Assembly: GCA_963931165.1 (NCBI GenBank)
Contig: OZ006985.1
Coordinates: 1,365,643-1,429,642 of the forward strand
Direction: 5' to 3'
DNA from: an uncultured Christensenellaceae bacterium
GTDB taxonomy: Bacteria; Bacillota; Clostridia; Christensenellales; UBA3700
Length of the DNA: 64,000 bases
The notes under the pieces were generated by a model that worked only from the letters and a program-made list of their open reading frames with translations, was not told the DNA's origin and searched no databases. This document shows, piece after piece, positions 11,001 to 19,754 of this stretch; the stretch's first letter is position 1; each line of letters begins with the position of its first letter. Position numbers and translations under genes: made by a program.

Positions 11001-13656
11001 GTCCTTCTTCGGCTATCTCGCTCGCTGCGAGCAGACGCGCCGCATGGCGGGCAAGCTGTACAAGGAGTTGACCGCGGTTTTCGGCGCGCAGAGCGCAGAC
11101 CCCAAGACGATCGCCGAGTATTGCGACTCGATCGAGGAGCTTTACGGCGCGGCGGCGGATCTTTACGCCGACCTCGACGTCAGGGTGTTCGAGGAGAGCT
11201 GCGCGGCTTTGACCAAGTACGGTCCCAATCTGCACGGACAATATTACGTCTATGCGTACGAGAATTACGAGCGCGCGATCGCGACGTTCTGCGACGTCTA
11301 TCGCACGGACGGATGGTGCGGCGGCGCGGAGCTGGGCGCGAAGATAGAGTATCTGTCAAACATTCAAAAGAACTTCGATTACGTCCCCAATTGGTGCCGC
11401 TATCAGGAGATCGTCAAGAAGTGCCGCGAGAGCGGGCTTGAATTCGTGCTCGGACCGCTCGGCAACGGCGAGATCACCGCGCAGGACGTGCTCAGCTGCT
11501 TCAAAAAGTGCGTATATTTCAACTTTGTGCGCAGCGAACTGTTGCTCGACGAGACGCTCAGCCGTTTCTCGGGCATGTCGCTCGAAGAGACGTCCGCCAA
11601 GTTCCGCGAGCTTACGGACGAGTATGAGAGGCTGACGAGGGCGGAGATCTACAACCGTCTCGTCGCCGCGCTGCCGCGCCCCGAGGACGAGGGCGAGCAG
11701 AGCACCGAGCGCGTACTGCTGATGCGCGCCGAAAAGACGGGCATGAAGGGGATGACGCTTCGGACGCTGTTCTCCAACATACCGACGCTGCTCAAAGCGT
11801 GCTGTCCGTGCATGATGATGAGCCCGTCGTCGGTCACGCAGTTCCTCGACGTCGACCTCGACAAGTTCGATCTGGTCATCTTCGACGAGGCGTCTCAGCT
11901 GCCGACCTGCAAGGCAGTGGGAAGCATCGTGCGCGGCAAGTCGCTGATCGTCGTCGGAGACCCGCAGCAGCTGCCGCCGACCACCTTCTTCAACGCCGAC
12001 GTGCGCGACGAGGACAACTACGAGTCGGAGGACATGGAGAGCATCCTGGACGACTGCCTCGCGCTGGGCATGCCGCAAAACAGACTGCGTTGGCACTACC
12101 GTTCGCGTCACGAGAGCCTGATCGCGTTCTCCAACGCGACGTTCTACGACAACACGCTGCTCACGTTCCCGTCGCCCAACGAGCTCAACAGCAAGGTGAC
12201 CTTCCGCTATGTCGACGGCGTCTACGAGAGGGGCGGCGAAAAGTGCAACAAAAAAGAGGGCGACGAGCTTGTCACCGACGTCATCAAGCGGCTCAAAGAC
12301 CCGGTCAGGAGCAAGGAGAGCATCGGCGTCGTCACTTTCAACATCGCTCAGCAAAACTACATCGAGACCGCGCTCAACAAGCGCATCCACGAAGATGGGC
12401 TCGACTCGGCGGCGTTCGAGCGCGAAGAGCCGCTGTTCGTCAAGAACCTCGAAAACGTGCAGGGCGACGAGCGCGACGTCATTTTGTTCAGCGTCGGCTA
12501 CGGCCCCGACAAGAACGGCAAATTGTCGCTCAACTTCGGACCCATCAACCAAAACGGCGGTCAAAAGCGTCTCAATGTCGCGGTCACGCGCGCCCGTTCG
12601 GAGATGTGCGTGTTCAGCGCGATACGCGGCAACATGATCGACCTCAGCCGCACCAACAGCAAAGGCGTAGAGTGTCTCAAATACTTCCTCGAATACGCCG
12701 AGCGCGGCAAGGATATGCTGGCGATCAGCAACACCGACATCGGCAGGACGGACGAGGGCATCGGGCAGCAGCTTGCGCGCGAGCTCAAAGACAGAGGCAT
12801 CGCGTGTGAGAGCAACGTCGGCGTGTCCGACTTCAAGATCGACGTCGCGATCGTCGATCCGCGCAATCCCGACCGCTACATCCTCGCGGTGCTCGCCGAC
12901 AGCGAGAACGACCTCAAATTCAAGGGCGTACGCGACCGTGTGACGATGCACTCGCGCATATTGCGCAGGCTCGGTTGGAATACTTACCATGTCTGGTGCG
13001 TAAATTACTTCAACAACCCCAAGCGCGAGATACAGCGCATCAAGGACGCGGTGTCTGCGCTGGCGGAAAAGCGCGCGCTGGGCAAAAAGGCGATACGCGA
13101 CATCGTCGCAAAATACAAAGAGCCGTACAAGACGTACGCGGTCAAGCCGGCGGCGAAGGCGTCGGGCGCGGACTATGTGCTCAATCCGGCGAGCAAGGAC
13201 AAGATCGTCGAGAAGATACGCGCGATCATCGAGCGCGAATCGCCGATCGAACAGCGCACGTTGCTCGCGCGGCTGTGCGCGCAGTTCGGCGTGCCGGCGA
13301 CCGCGAAGAGAGCGATCGCGCAATTGACCGCCTATACGGACACGTTTGTGTCGTTCCGCAAAGAGGTCGAGGACAGGGTGTTCTTTGCCGACAAACCGGT
13401 CGAGACCTTCCGTCCGTCCGACGCAAAGAATGTCCGCGACATCGCGCGCATGCATCCCGACGAGATCTTCGCTGCGATCAAGTGTGCGCTCGAGTGCGGA
13501 GGTAAGCTCAGCCGCGACGACGCAGTCAAAGAGGCGGCAAATCTGCTCGGCGGAAAGAAGACGAAGGCGGCGCTCGATTGGATAACCTTTGTGCTCGACG
13601 GCGCGATCGCCGAAAAGAGGGTGATCGTCAATGTCGAAGGTATGCTGTCCGTTTGA
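8023..13656 (+). CDS. 1877-aa DUF4011 / Upf1-like SF1 helicase / Vsr(MTES)-like endonuclease fold / DUF3320-like protein
   Basis: WERKLLDMDMRNALLNF and LYLAAGFLRW (DUF4011-like). Walker A GPPGTGKSQT, DEASQ, VVGDPQQLPPT, YRSRHESLI, QGDERDV, NVAVTRAR. Then DFKIDVAIVDP...RLGWNTYHVW and a helical tail. Starts 20 nt after comEB with a GGTGAGGAG RBS. Confidence 0.85.
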   Translation: MSEEKNVIFVKEGALELTLECADTIGYYALQNGIRLIKRFYLKNTSENDIEDIRIKVTSKPDFIVPYEFVQQVIPRRTTARFNLDVNCSPTCLVSMDERTEGDLDVEIFVGEQSVMTASVKTDILAFDECDFAASPESLAAFVKRTAEVNKTVADAEQRARDWKLTISKGYGSRNGVRNYFAACYSVIAEEKFVLEDTPGDDFKVVSHKELFESGIATGPELALFMASLAESEGHNAVVGKFGGKWYAGVFLTDECCPSTVWDDADFLAKKTSSGVNDFTLICMDDISEGSSFEKAERNAKNALKRADDGVFIDVKRARIINIKPLPERKRRQGGGYDLEESRDFAPELRPSQIREFKGAVEGDKETGKIAQWERKLLDMDMRNALLNFKISRAAVKLLTPSLQNLFSALDRNKTFTVEAGAKEAEKAGIELAKDFAHIGYTKPFTDFVGYEYSNKRMLSVYDSKEHEGTLFRLFRKESSVQEETGTTSLYLAAGFLRWKEEGATEFKYAPLFLFPVSMTRKGLAAPTYTAEVNTDDVRLNSTLLEFLYRQFNLDIRGLGTVALSGEQSYMSVIARIKRETVDMKGWEVFGDAFLASLSFANYQLWYDIKYRTEKFREHPIVRSLLDNRLELPEGAFDLSDRSSDEAYVGTERMYLPISADSSQYSAIYDSLSKSFVLHGPPGTGKSQTITNIIANNIVRGRRVLFVAEKKAALSVVHRRLKSIGLADFCLELHSGKTNKTAVLGQIVNTLGLKSGTTDVDINEKLDEIKESVDALSGELEAMHRKRYLGISLYEGILEYFENQDAPDCLRIDSLFYEKLTAESFRGYLQILGELSVRAKECGDIQKTPFKRIGGFEYDDKWRASGEPILEIALDQLRNLRACARNLLPYYSVRTVSLTDQKLKALYKLSKGLEKEYAAHYFALKDGGKKDLVDNYLNLSNKAAMMMTDYRSRYGAYPAEVPQDDLAEAAEGKSPSRKLRKIMPDGVAKEQRQSFFGYLARCEQTRRMAGKLYKELTAVFGAQSADPKTIAEYCDSIEELYGAAADLYADLDVRVFEESCAALTKYGPNLHGQYYVYAYENYERAIATFCDVYRTDGWCGGAELGAKIEYLSNIQKNFDYVPNWCRYQEIVKKCRESGLEFVLGPLGNGEITAQDVLSCFKKCVYFNFVRSELLLDETLSRFSGMSLEETSAKFRELTDEYERLTRAEIYNRLVAALPRPEDEGEQSTERVLLMRAEKTGMKGMTLRTLFSNIPTLLKACCPCMMMSPSSVTQFLDVDLDKFDLVIFDEASQLPTCKAVGSIVRGKSLIVVGDPQQLPPTTFFNADVRDEDNYESEDMESILDDCLALGMPQNRLRWHYRSRHESLIAFSNATFYDNTLLTFPSPNELNSKVTFRYVDGVYERGGEKCNKKEGDELVTDVIKRLKDPVRSKESIGVVTFNIAQQNYIETALNKRIHEDGLDSAAFEREEPLFVKNLENVQGDERDVILFSVGYGPDKNGKLSLNFGPINQNGGQKRLNVAVTRARSEMCVFSAIRGNMIDLSRTNSKGVECLKYFLEYAERGKDMLAISNTDIGRTDEGIGQQLARELKDRGIACESNVGVSDFKIDVAIVDPRNPDRYILAVLADSENDLKFKGVRDRVTMHSRILRRLGWNTYHVWCVNYFNNPKREIQRIKDAVSALAEKRALGKKAIRDIVAKYKEPYKTYAVKPAAKASGADYVLNPASKDKIVEKIRAIIERESPIEQRTLLARLCAQFGVPATAKRAIAQLTAYTDTFVSFRKEVEDRVFFADKPVETFRPSDAKNVRDIARMHPDEIFAAIKCALECGGKLSRDDAVKEAANLLGGKKTKAALDWITFVLDGAIAEKRVIVNVEGMLSV

Positions 13657-13685
13657 TTGACAGGCGGGCGCGCGTCTGCTAAACT
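13657..13685 (+). promoter_or_regulatory. sigma-A type promoter upstream of the M50 protease gene
   Basis: -35 TTGACA (13657-13662), 17 nt, -10 TAAACT (13680-13685). Confidence 0.45.
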
Positions 13686-13723
13686 ATATCAATGCGGCGT
13701 AAGGGAGAAGAAGCAGGGAAGAT

Positions 13724-14449
13724 ATGCTGATAAGTTTGATAATGTCGCTGGTGTCGTCCGACGACCTTTTGCTCGGCTTTGTCGCCGTCATCGCCTACTT
13801 GATAGCGATCTGCGGCGCGATCGTGTTGCATGAACTTGCGCACGGGCTCGTCGCGTATTGGAACGGCGACTACACCGCGAAGGCGGCGGGCAGGTTGACC
13901 CTCAACCCTGTCAAACACTTTGATCTGATAGGCTTTTTGATGCTTGCGGTGATAGGTTTCGGTTGGGCGAAGCCCGTTCCGATCGACAGCCGCAACTTCC
14001 GCGACTACAAAAAGGGAATGATCACGGTCTCGCTCGCCGGGGTGATTTGCAATTTTTTGCAGGCGTTCCTCGCGACGGCGTTCATCGCGATCTTGGCGGC
14101 GATCGTCGGCGACACGATCGTCTTCGAGTCAAAGAATGCGGGCTACTATTTCACGCAATTCTTCGTGATGTTGCTCAGCTATTCGGCTACGGTCAACCTG
14201 ACGTTGATGGCGTTCAACCTCATCCCGATCTTTCCGCTTGACGGCTTCCGCGTCGTCGAGACGCTCGCAAAGCCGTACAACAAATACGTCGAGTTCAACT
14301 ATCGTTACGGACAGCTGTTGCTGCTCGGGCTGCTGATCTTGGGCAACGTGCTCGGAAGGTTCAGCCCCTATCTCGACATCCTCGGGCTGTACATGAACGC
14401 GGTCAGAGACGCGATGTTCAAACTGTTTTCACTGATATTGGGGGGATAA
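13724..14449 (+). CDS. site-2 protease family (M50) zinc metalloprotease
   Basis: HELAHGLVAYW (HExxH) and NLIPIFPLDG motifs; multi-TM; no CBS domain, so not SpoIVFB-like. Confidence 0.8.
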   Translation: MLISLIMSLVSSDDLLLGFVAVIAYLIAICGAIVLHELAHGLVAYWNGDYTAKAAGRLTLNPVKHFDLIGFLMLAVIGFGWAKPVPIDSRNFRDYKKGMITVSLAGVICNFLQAFLATAFIAILAAIVGDTIVFESKNAGYYFTQFFVMLLSYSATVNLTLMAFNLIPIFPLDGFRVVETLAKPYNKYVEFNYRYGQLLLLGLLILGNVLGRFSPYLDILGLYMNAVRDAMFKLFSLILGG

Positions 14450-14458
14450 ACCGACTAC

Positions 14459-15274
14459 ATGGCAAACTTTTTCGATTATCACGCAAGCGAGGTCATCAAG
14501 CTTAAGCTGACCGATTTTGAAGGTCCGCTCGACCTCTTGTACACATTGATCAAGGAGAGCAAGCTCGACATCGCGACCTGCCGTCTTTCGGAGGTCACCG
14601 GGCAGTATCTCGCCTATATGGATCAGATAGGCACGGTGGACATGGACGTCGCCAGCGACTTTTTGGTAATGGCGGCGACCTTGCTCGACATCAAGGCTAA
14701 GAGCCTTTTGCCTCAGCTCGACGCGGAAGAAGAGGATTTCAGCGACCTCGGCTACGATCCCGAAGAGGAACTGCGCCGTCAATTGCTGCTGTTCCAAATG
14801 TTCAAAGAAGAGGCGGACGAGCTGCGCAAGAGCGAGGTGCTCAACCAATTTTACCCCCAGCCGCAATACACCGAGGACGACGCCGAGATCGTCGTCAAGA
14901 GCTTTGACATAGGCAAGCTCGTCGACGCCTACGGCAAGATCTTGCTGAGGATCTCGCAGCGCGACAAAGAGCTCAGCACCAAGAAGATACGCAAGGACAG
15001 ATACACCGTTGCCGAAAAGATCGCGTTGATCTCGAGGGTGGTCATGGACAGGAAAAAGGTCAACTTCTGCGACCTGTTCGAGGAGGACGCGAGCCGCTCC
15101 GAAGTGATCGCGACCTTCCAGGCGTTGCTCGAATTGATGAAGAAGCAGTTCGTCAAGGCGACGCAGGAGACCGCCGAGGCGGACATATACATCGAGCTCA
15201 GCGAGGAGCAGGAGGGCAAAGAATACGACCTTGCGGAGCTGACCAAGACGGAGGACAAATATGACGAAGAGTGA
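14459..15274 (+). CDS. scpA: segregation and condensation protein A
   Basis: FEGPLDLLYTLIKESKLDI, typical ScpA N-terminus; followed by scpB. Confidence 0.9.
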   Translation: MANFFDYHASEVIKLKLTDFEGPLDLLYTLIKESKLDIATCRLSEVTGQYLAYMDQIGTVDMDVASDFLVMAATLLDIKAKSLLPQLDAEEEDFSDLGYDPEEELRRQLLLFQMFKEEADELRKSEVLNQFYPQPQYTEDDAEIVVKSFDIGKLVDAYGKILLRISQRDKELSTKKIRKDRYTVAEKIALISRVVMDRKKVNFCDLFEEDASRSEVIATFQALLELMKKQFVKATQETAEADIYIELSEEQEGKEYDLAELTKTEDKYDEE

Positions 15275-16106
15275 GATATTACATACCGTAGAGGCGTTGA
15301 TCTTCGCCTCGGGGGTGCCGATCAAGCGCAGTGAGCTGTACGACAGCCTGCCGCCCGAGGTGACCAAAAAGGACATCAACGACGCGATCAAGGCGCTCGA
15401 TCAGACCTACCGCGATCCGCGCGGGATAGTGCTTTTGCACATCGACGACAAGGTGCAGTTCGCGACCAATCCGGTATACGGCGACGCCGTCGCAGGCGCA
15501 CTGAGACCGATCAAGGAGAGGGAGCTTTCGCGCACGCTGCTCGAAGTGCTCGCGATTATTGCGTACAAACAGCCGACCACGCGCGGCGAGATCGAAGAGG
15601 TCAGGGGCGGCGTCAGTTCCGACTATGCGATCTCGACGCTGCTGCGCTTCGAACTGATCGAGGACTGCGGCAAAAAGAACGCGCCCGGGCGTCCGACGCT
15701 CTATCGCACCACGGACAACTTCCTCAAAAAGTTCGGCTTGCATAGCATCGACGAATTGCCCGACTACGCCAAGGTCATGGACAGGCTGGTCGAGTCGGGC
15801 GGCTACAACAACCTCTCCGAGGGACTCTATCGCGAGGTGGGCAGCGACGGCAGCGGCGAATACGACAAGCGCATGCAGGAGAAGCTGATCTCCAAACAGC
15901 TCGACAGAGAGATGAACACGTCCGAGGTGCCCGACTTCCTCGAAGGCGAGAAGTTCGATGTCATAGAGGGCGGCGAGGGCGACGACGTTGACGAGTTTCC
16001 CGATTTGAGTGACGATCTTCCGGACGGAGCGGAAGAGGTTGCAGCCGACGTCGTCGGAGACGAACTGCCGGACGACGGAGACGAGCCGCAGGACGACGAA
16101 GATTGA
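15261..16106 (+). CDS. scpB: segregation and condensation protein B with acidic C-terminal extension
   Basis: EALIFASGVPIKRSEL, LAIIAYKQPTTRGEIEEVRG, GRPTLYRTT. The last ~90 aa are D/E-rich. Confidence 0.9.
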   Translation: MTKSEILHTVEALIFASGVPIKRSELYDSLPPEVTKKDINDAIKALDQTYRDPRGIVLLHIDDKVQFATNPVYGDAVAGALRPIKERELSRTLLEVLAIIAYKQPTTRGEIEEVRGGVSSDYAISTLLRFELIEDCGKKNAPGRPTLYRTTDNFLKKFGLHSIDELPDYAKVMDRLVESGGYNNLSEGLYREVGSDGSGEYDKRMQEKLISKQLDREMNTSEVPDFLEGEKFDVIEGGEGDDVDEFPDLSDDLPDGAEEVAADVVGDELPDDGDEPQDDED

Positions 16107-16112
16107 ACAGAC

Positions 16113-16142
16113 AAAAATACGGCGAATGCGCCGTATTTTTTT
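16113..16142 (+). terminator. terminator after scpB
   Basis: Stem ATACGGCG/CGCCGTAT (16117-16124/16129-16136), then T6; A-run upstream. Confidence 0.75.
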
Positions 16143-16270
16143 GCGAGAAAGGCAGGTGCTGCCTGCATTGGGCGATATCGACCCGATATAACTTTTATAG
16201 GGGTGCTAAAAAGGTATCGCTTACATGTTGAGAATTTGTCGAGACCGTTTTTGCCGAATACAGTGCATTA

Positions 16271-16720
16271 TTATTCGGCGAAGAACAACTTTTTGAGCAA
16301 TTTGCGGTTGACGTCCGAGACAGAGCTGAAACAGAGGATGTAGCATACGGAGAAGACGAGCGCGTCGCGTTTTGTGCTGTCGGGCAGACTGTCGAGCAAC
16401 GTCTTTTGACGTTTTACCGCGTCCTCGATGGACTTTTCTTTGACCAGCTTTTCGGCGTTGGACTTGACGCGCGCCGACTGCGTCGGTTCAAAGACGTACG
16501 ACCAAATGTCGCTCTCGGTCTCGTAATAGTGTCCGTCCTCGGCGGCGATGATCGCCGGCAGCAGCGCGGACAGGTCGAGATAGAGCTGTTCGGGCATGCC
16601 GCGCCTTTCGGCGAAGTCGAACAGCGCGTTGTCATAGTCGCGGAATCGAGCATATGCCTCGGGCACGAGCTGTGAGCGTTCTTTGGAGCCGTATTCGGCG
16701 AAGTAGCTGTCAATATCCAT
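16271..16720 (-). CDS. hypothetical protein
   Basis: Start moved to ATG 16720 (GGGAGGAC RBS). The ORF-track start 16759 overlaps the -10 box. No family recognised. Confidence 0.5.
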   Translation of the reverse strand: MDIDSYFAEYGSKERSQLVPEAYARFRDYDNALFDFAERRGMPEQLYLDLSALLPAIIAAEDGHYYETESDIWSYVFEPTQSARVKSNAEKLVKEKSIEDAVKRQKTLLDSLPDSTKRDALVFSVCYILCFSSVSDVNRKLLKKLFFAE

Positions 16721-16758
16721 AATTGTCCTCCCGTCAAGGCGACATACGCCTTGATTCA

Positions 16759-16787
16759 ATTATACAACGGGCGGGCGGATATGTCAA
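16759..16787 (-). promoter_or_regulatory. sigma-A type promoter
   Basis: Minus strand: -35 TTGACA (16787-16782), 17 nt, -10 TATAAT (16764-16759). Confidence 0.6.
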
Positions 16788-16857
16788 TATCGGTTTTGAA
16801 AAAGGCGGAGATATCGGCAAAATACGGATCGTAAACGCACGACGGAGCAGGCGCGAA

Positions 16858-17442
16858 CTATCCGTCGTTCGCGCAGGTATTGCGCTTTGCCGCCTTTGCG
16901 GCGGATACGCAGCGAAGCGCGCAGTCGAGAGCGTTCGCGCAAGAGAGGGTGATCGAGCCGTAAAACGTCGCATGTCCCACATCGGCGACGCGTAGGTCGC
17001 AATCGCATTCGCGAGGGGACAGGATCGCGATCGCCGCAGACATCGCGAAGTTTGCGGTAAGAAGTTTGATCTCCGTCTCGGGATGGTCGCCGAGAGGGAT
17101 CGCGAGCCTCACGGTCAATCGGTCGCAACACAAATTCCATGAGGCAAGCGCGGCAAGAACGGGGCGAAGAGACCGGCGTTCCTTTTGAGCGTGCGAAGTC
17201 TCGCCGCCATCTTTTGGGGCGGGCAGCCGAATCGGATCGCCCTTGCTAAATTTGAGACAGACTCCGTCCGAGACCGCAAAGAGCCTCGCCTTGACAGAGT
17301 GGATCCCCGGCGTAAAGACGTCGACGCAGAGCGCGGCGTTTTGGGCGTCAAGGATGAAGTTGAGCCGCACCCTCGCTCCCAGCAGTGCGCAACCGATCAG
17401 CGCGACAGAGAGGAAAGAGAGGGACAGCGCTAATACCGTCAT
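16858..17442 (-). CDS. membrane protein, possibly YtfI/DUF2953-like
   Basis: N-terminal TM MTVLALSLSFLSVALIGCALLGA; divergent from ytfJ. Family assignment rests on context and memory only. Start uncertain (GTG 17508 is the alternative). Confidence 0.35.
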   Translation of the reverse strand: MTVLALSLSFLSVALIGCALLGARVRLNFILDAQNAALCVDVFTPGIHSVKARLFAVSDGVCLKFSKGDPIRLPAPKDGGETSHAQKERRSLRPVLAALASWNLCCDRLTVRLAIPLGDHPETEIKLLTANFAMSAAIAILSPRECDCDLRVADVGHATFYGSITLSCANALDCALRCVSAAKAAKRNTCANDG

Positions 17443-17525
17443 GCGGATAGTATGCGCAAAAGAGCAAAGGAAACGCAATACGAATAACGAACGCGCCGCG
17501 GCGCACACTATCGCCGAGGTGAAAT

Positions 17526-17882
17526 ATGAAAGAAGATCTCAACGCAATGATATGCGCGACCATGGAGAGCCTGAAAAGCGCAGGGGCGGTGGACAACGCG
17601 ATAGGCGCACCTATACATCTGTCCGACGGGTCGGTGTTGATCCCGATGAGCAAGATCTCGATAGGCTTCGCAACGGGCGGAGGAGACTATACGCAGGGAC
17701 AGAGGACGCCGATGCCGATACAGTTCGCAGGCGGCGGAGGAGGCGGTGTGACGATCACTCCGATAGGCTTTTTGTGTTGCAGTCCGGGCGAGGAACCGGG
17801 CGTGTTCAAGATGGACAAAGAGGAGAGAAAAGAGCTGTTCGAAAAGCTTTTGAGCGTTGCCGCAGGGGTGTTGAAGCGATGA
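17526..17882 (+). CDS. ytfJ: sporulation protein YtfJ/GerW family
   Basis: IGAPIHLSDGSVLIPMSKISIGFATGGG...GGGGGGVTITPIGFL, typical of GerW/YtfJ. Confidence 0.85.
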   Translation: MKEDLNAMICATMESLKSAGAVDNAIGAPIHLSDGSVLIPMSKISIGFATGGGDYTQGQRTPMPIQFAGGGGGGVTITPIGFLCCSPGEEPGVFKMDKEERKELFEKLLSVAAGVLKR

Positions 17883-19072
17883 CATATAGTGATAAATTGT
17901 TCTCAATTAGTGCGATTTTGATAATAATATTGCTCATTTCAGCCACAGTGAGTCTATTTAGCGCTTTCGGTGTCAGCGCTCAGACGGGCTCGGGATATGT
18001 GCTCGTCGACGCGCTGTCGGGCGTCATTTTGGACGGCGACAACAAGGACATGAGGCTCGAAGAGGCGAGCACGACCAAGGTGATGACCGCGCTCGTCGCG
18101 ATACGAAAACTCGACCCGTCCGACATCGTGACGGTCAAGAGGGAGAGCGTCGGCATAGAGGGTTCGTCCGTCTATCTCAAAGAGGGGGAGCGCATTTCGG
18201 TCAAAACCTTGCTGTACGGTCTGATGCTCCGCTCGGGCAACGACGCCGCGCACGCTCTTGCTGTCGCCGCGTGCGGCAGTGAAGAAAAGTTTGTCGAGGC
18301 GATGAACGCGGAGGCGGAAAGGCTTGGACTTGTCAACACACACTTTTGCAATCCGCACGGTCTGCACGCAGAAGGACACTACACGTCGGCTTACGATCTT
18401 GCGATGATCACTCGCGAGGCGTATCGTGAGCCGCTTTTTGCGGAGATAGTCGCATCAAAGTCCTATCGTTCGGACGACCCGCGCGAGAGCGAGGCGCACG
18501 TCTTCTACAACAAAAACAAACTTCTCTCGACCTTGGACGGCGCGAACGGCGTAAAGACGGGCTATACCACCGCATCGGGCAAGTGTTTCGTAGGCGGAGC
18601 GAAGAGGGGCGGGATGCAGCTCATCTGCGTCGTGCTCAACCGCGGCGACATGTGGCAAAAGGCTGCGGATCTGCTCGAATACGGCTTCGAGCACTACGAG
18701 CCGACGCTCGTCGGCAGGTCGGATGTGCCGCTGTTTGACTACGAATACGGCGGCGAACGCATTCAGCTTCGACTTGCCGAGGACGTAGTTCTGCCGACCG
18801 AAAAGGGCGAAAGGGCGGAGCTTGGCTGGGAATTTGTGCCCGTCGAGAGGGTCGAAAAGGGCTTCGCCGCCGGGGATACGGTCGGATTTGTGCGCTTTTG
18901 GCAGGGAAATCGCTTGATTTTTGAGGCAAAAACGGTTACGATAAAAGCGATATCAAACAAAGGAGCAACTTCGCTGCGCGGGCTCGCGGCGGAGGATACG
19001 ATCGATTGGAAAGGCTTAACAAGTATCTCGCCGCTTGCGGCGTCGCCTCGAGAAGGGGCGCCGACTTACTGA
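17879..19072 (+). CDS. dacB: D-alanyl-D-alanine carboxypeptidase (DacB-like, S11)
   Basis: Start ATG 17879 overlaps the ytfJ stop (ATGA). Signal/TM, then ASTTKVMTAL (SxxK), RSGNDAA (SxN), VKTGYT (KTG). Confidence 0.85.
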   Translation: MTYSDKLFSISAILIIILLISATVSLFSAFGVSAQTGSGYVLVDALSGVILDGDNKDMRLEEASTTKVMTALVAIRKLDPSDIVTVKRESVGIEGSSVYLKEGERISVKTLLYGLMLRSGNDAAHALAVAACGSEEKFVEAMNAEAERLGLVNTHFCNPHGLHAEGHYTSAYDLAMITREAYREPLFAEIVASKSYRSDDPRESEAHVFYNKNKLLSTLDGANGVKTGYTTASGKCFVGGAKRGGMQLICVVLNRGDMWQKAADLLEYGFEHYEPTLVGRSDVPLFDYEYGGERIQLRLAEDVVLPTEKGERAELGWEFVPVERVEKGFAAGDTVGFVRFWQGNRLIFEAKTVTIKAISNKGATSLRGLAAEDTIDWKGLTSISPLAASPREGAPTY

Positions 19073-19719
19073 TCGCGGACGGCAGAGTCAAGATCAACAA
19101 CAAACTCGTCACCGCCCTCGGCACCTCTGTCGGGGACGGCGACGTCGTCTCGGTGGACGGCAAGATCGTCCGCCCCGTCACCGAGTTCAAATACATCATG
19201 CTCTACAAGCCCAAGGGCTGCGTGACCACGCGCAGTGACGAAAAGGGGCGCAAGACCGTTTACGACTATCTCAAAGATCTCAAAATCCCGCATCTCGTGC
19301 CTGTCGGCAGGTTGGATTACGACACCGAGGGGCTGCTTCTTTTGACCAACGACGGCGACGCGGTCAACGCGTTGACCCACCCCAGCCACGAAGTGGAGAA
19401 GACCTATCTCGTCCACGTCGACGGCGAGGTGCCCGAGCACAAACTCGCGCAGCTGCGCAAGGGCGTGGTTCTCGACGACGGGGTCAAGACGTCGCGCAGC
19501 AAGGTCAAACTGATCGAATTCAAGGACGGCGTCAGCAAGTTGCAGGTCGTCATCTCCGAGGGCAAAAACCGCCAGGTGCGCCGCATGTTCGCCGCGGTCG
19601 GCGAAGAGGTGACATTCCTCAAACGCGTCGCGGTCGGCGCGATTCGCCTCGGAGGGCTGTCTCGCGGCGCGTACCGCTATCTAAACGATCGCGAGATCGC
19701 CTACGTCAAATCGCTGTAA
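19006..19719 (+). CDS. rluB: rRNA pseudouridine synthase (RluB/RsuA family)
   Basis: S4-type N-terminus MERLNKYLAACGVASRR; GRLDYDTEGLLLLTNDG catalytic motif. Confidence 0.9.
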   Translation: MERLNKYLAACGVASRRGADLLIADGRVKINNKLVTALGTSVGDGDVVSVDGKIVRPVTEFKYIMLYKPKGCVTTRSDEKGRKTVYDYLKDLKIPHLVPVGRLDYDTEGLLLLTNDGDAVNALTHPSHEVEKTYLVHVDGEVPEHKLAQLRKGVVLDDGVKTSRSKVKLIEFKDGVSKLQVVISEGKNRQVRRMFAAVGEEVTFLKRVAVGAIRLGGLSRGAYRYLNDREIAYVKSL

Positions 19720-19754
19720 CATCCGCCCGAAATGGCGCAATATAGGAGAAAATT

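Noticed and set aside
8704-13455. Very long antisense ORFs (8704-11241 and 11356-13455). Similar ones lie opposite groEL (5190-6410), the Cgs-like gene (21919-22995, 23908-25482, 26266-27216, 27313-28245), murE (35073-36782), murD (37636-39072), ftsZ (43570-45078), ispH-S1 (50888-52564) and tsf-pyrH (58877-60502).
   Set aside because: They are shadow ORFs of the kind common in GC-rich DNA, opposite strongly recognisable genes. Their translations are R/A/G/D-rich low complexity, with no RBS and no recognisable motifs.
17243-17878. In-frame 5' extensions offered by the ORF track: dacB from 17243, murD from 36976, spoIIGA from 44534, the FAD oxidoreductase from 47131, uppS from 60972 and comEB from 7415.
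   Set aside because: The extensions overlap well-supported upstream genes in another frame and translate to Arg-rich nonsense. Internal starts have an RBS or stop-start coupling and reproduce canonical N-termini.
19006-19072. 67-nt overlap between the dacB 3' end and the rluB start, as a possible frameshift or sequencing error.
   Set aside because: Both frames are open, and the rluB N-terminus (MERLNKYLAACGVASRR) is canonical. The dacB tail is simply a non-conserved extension, and no slippery sequence was noticed.
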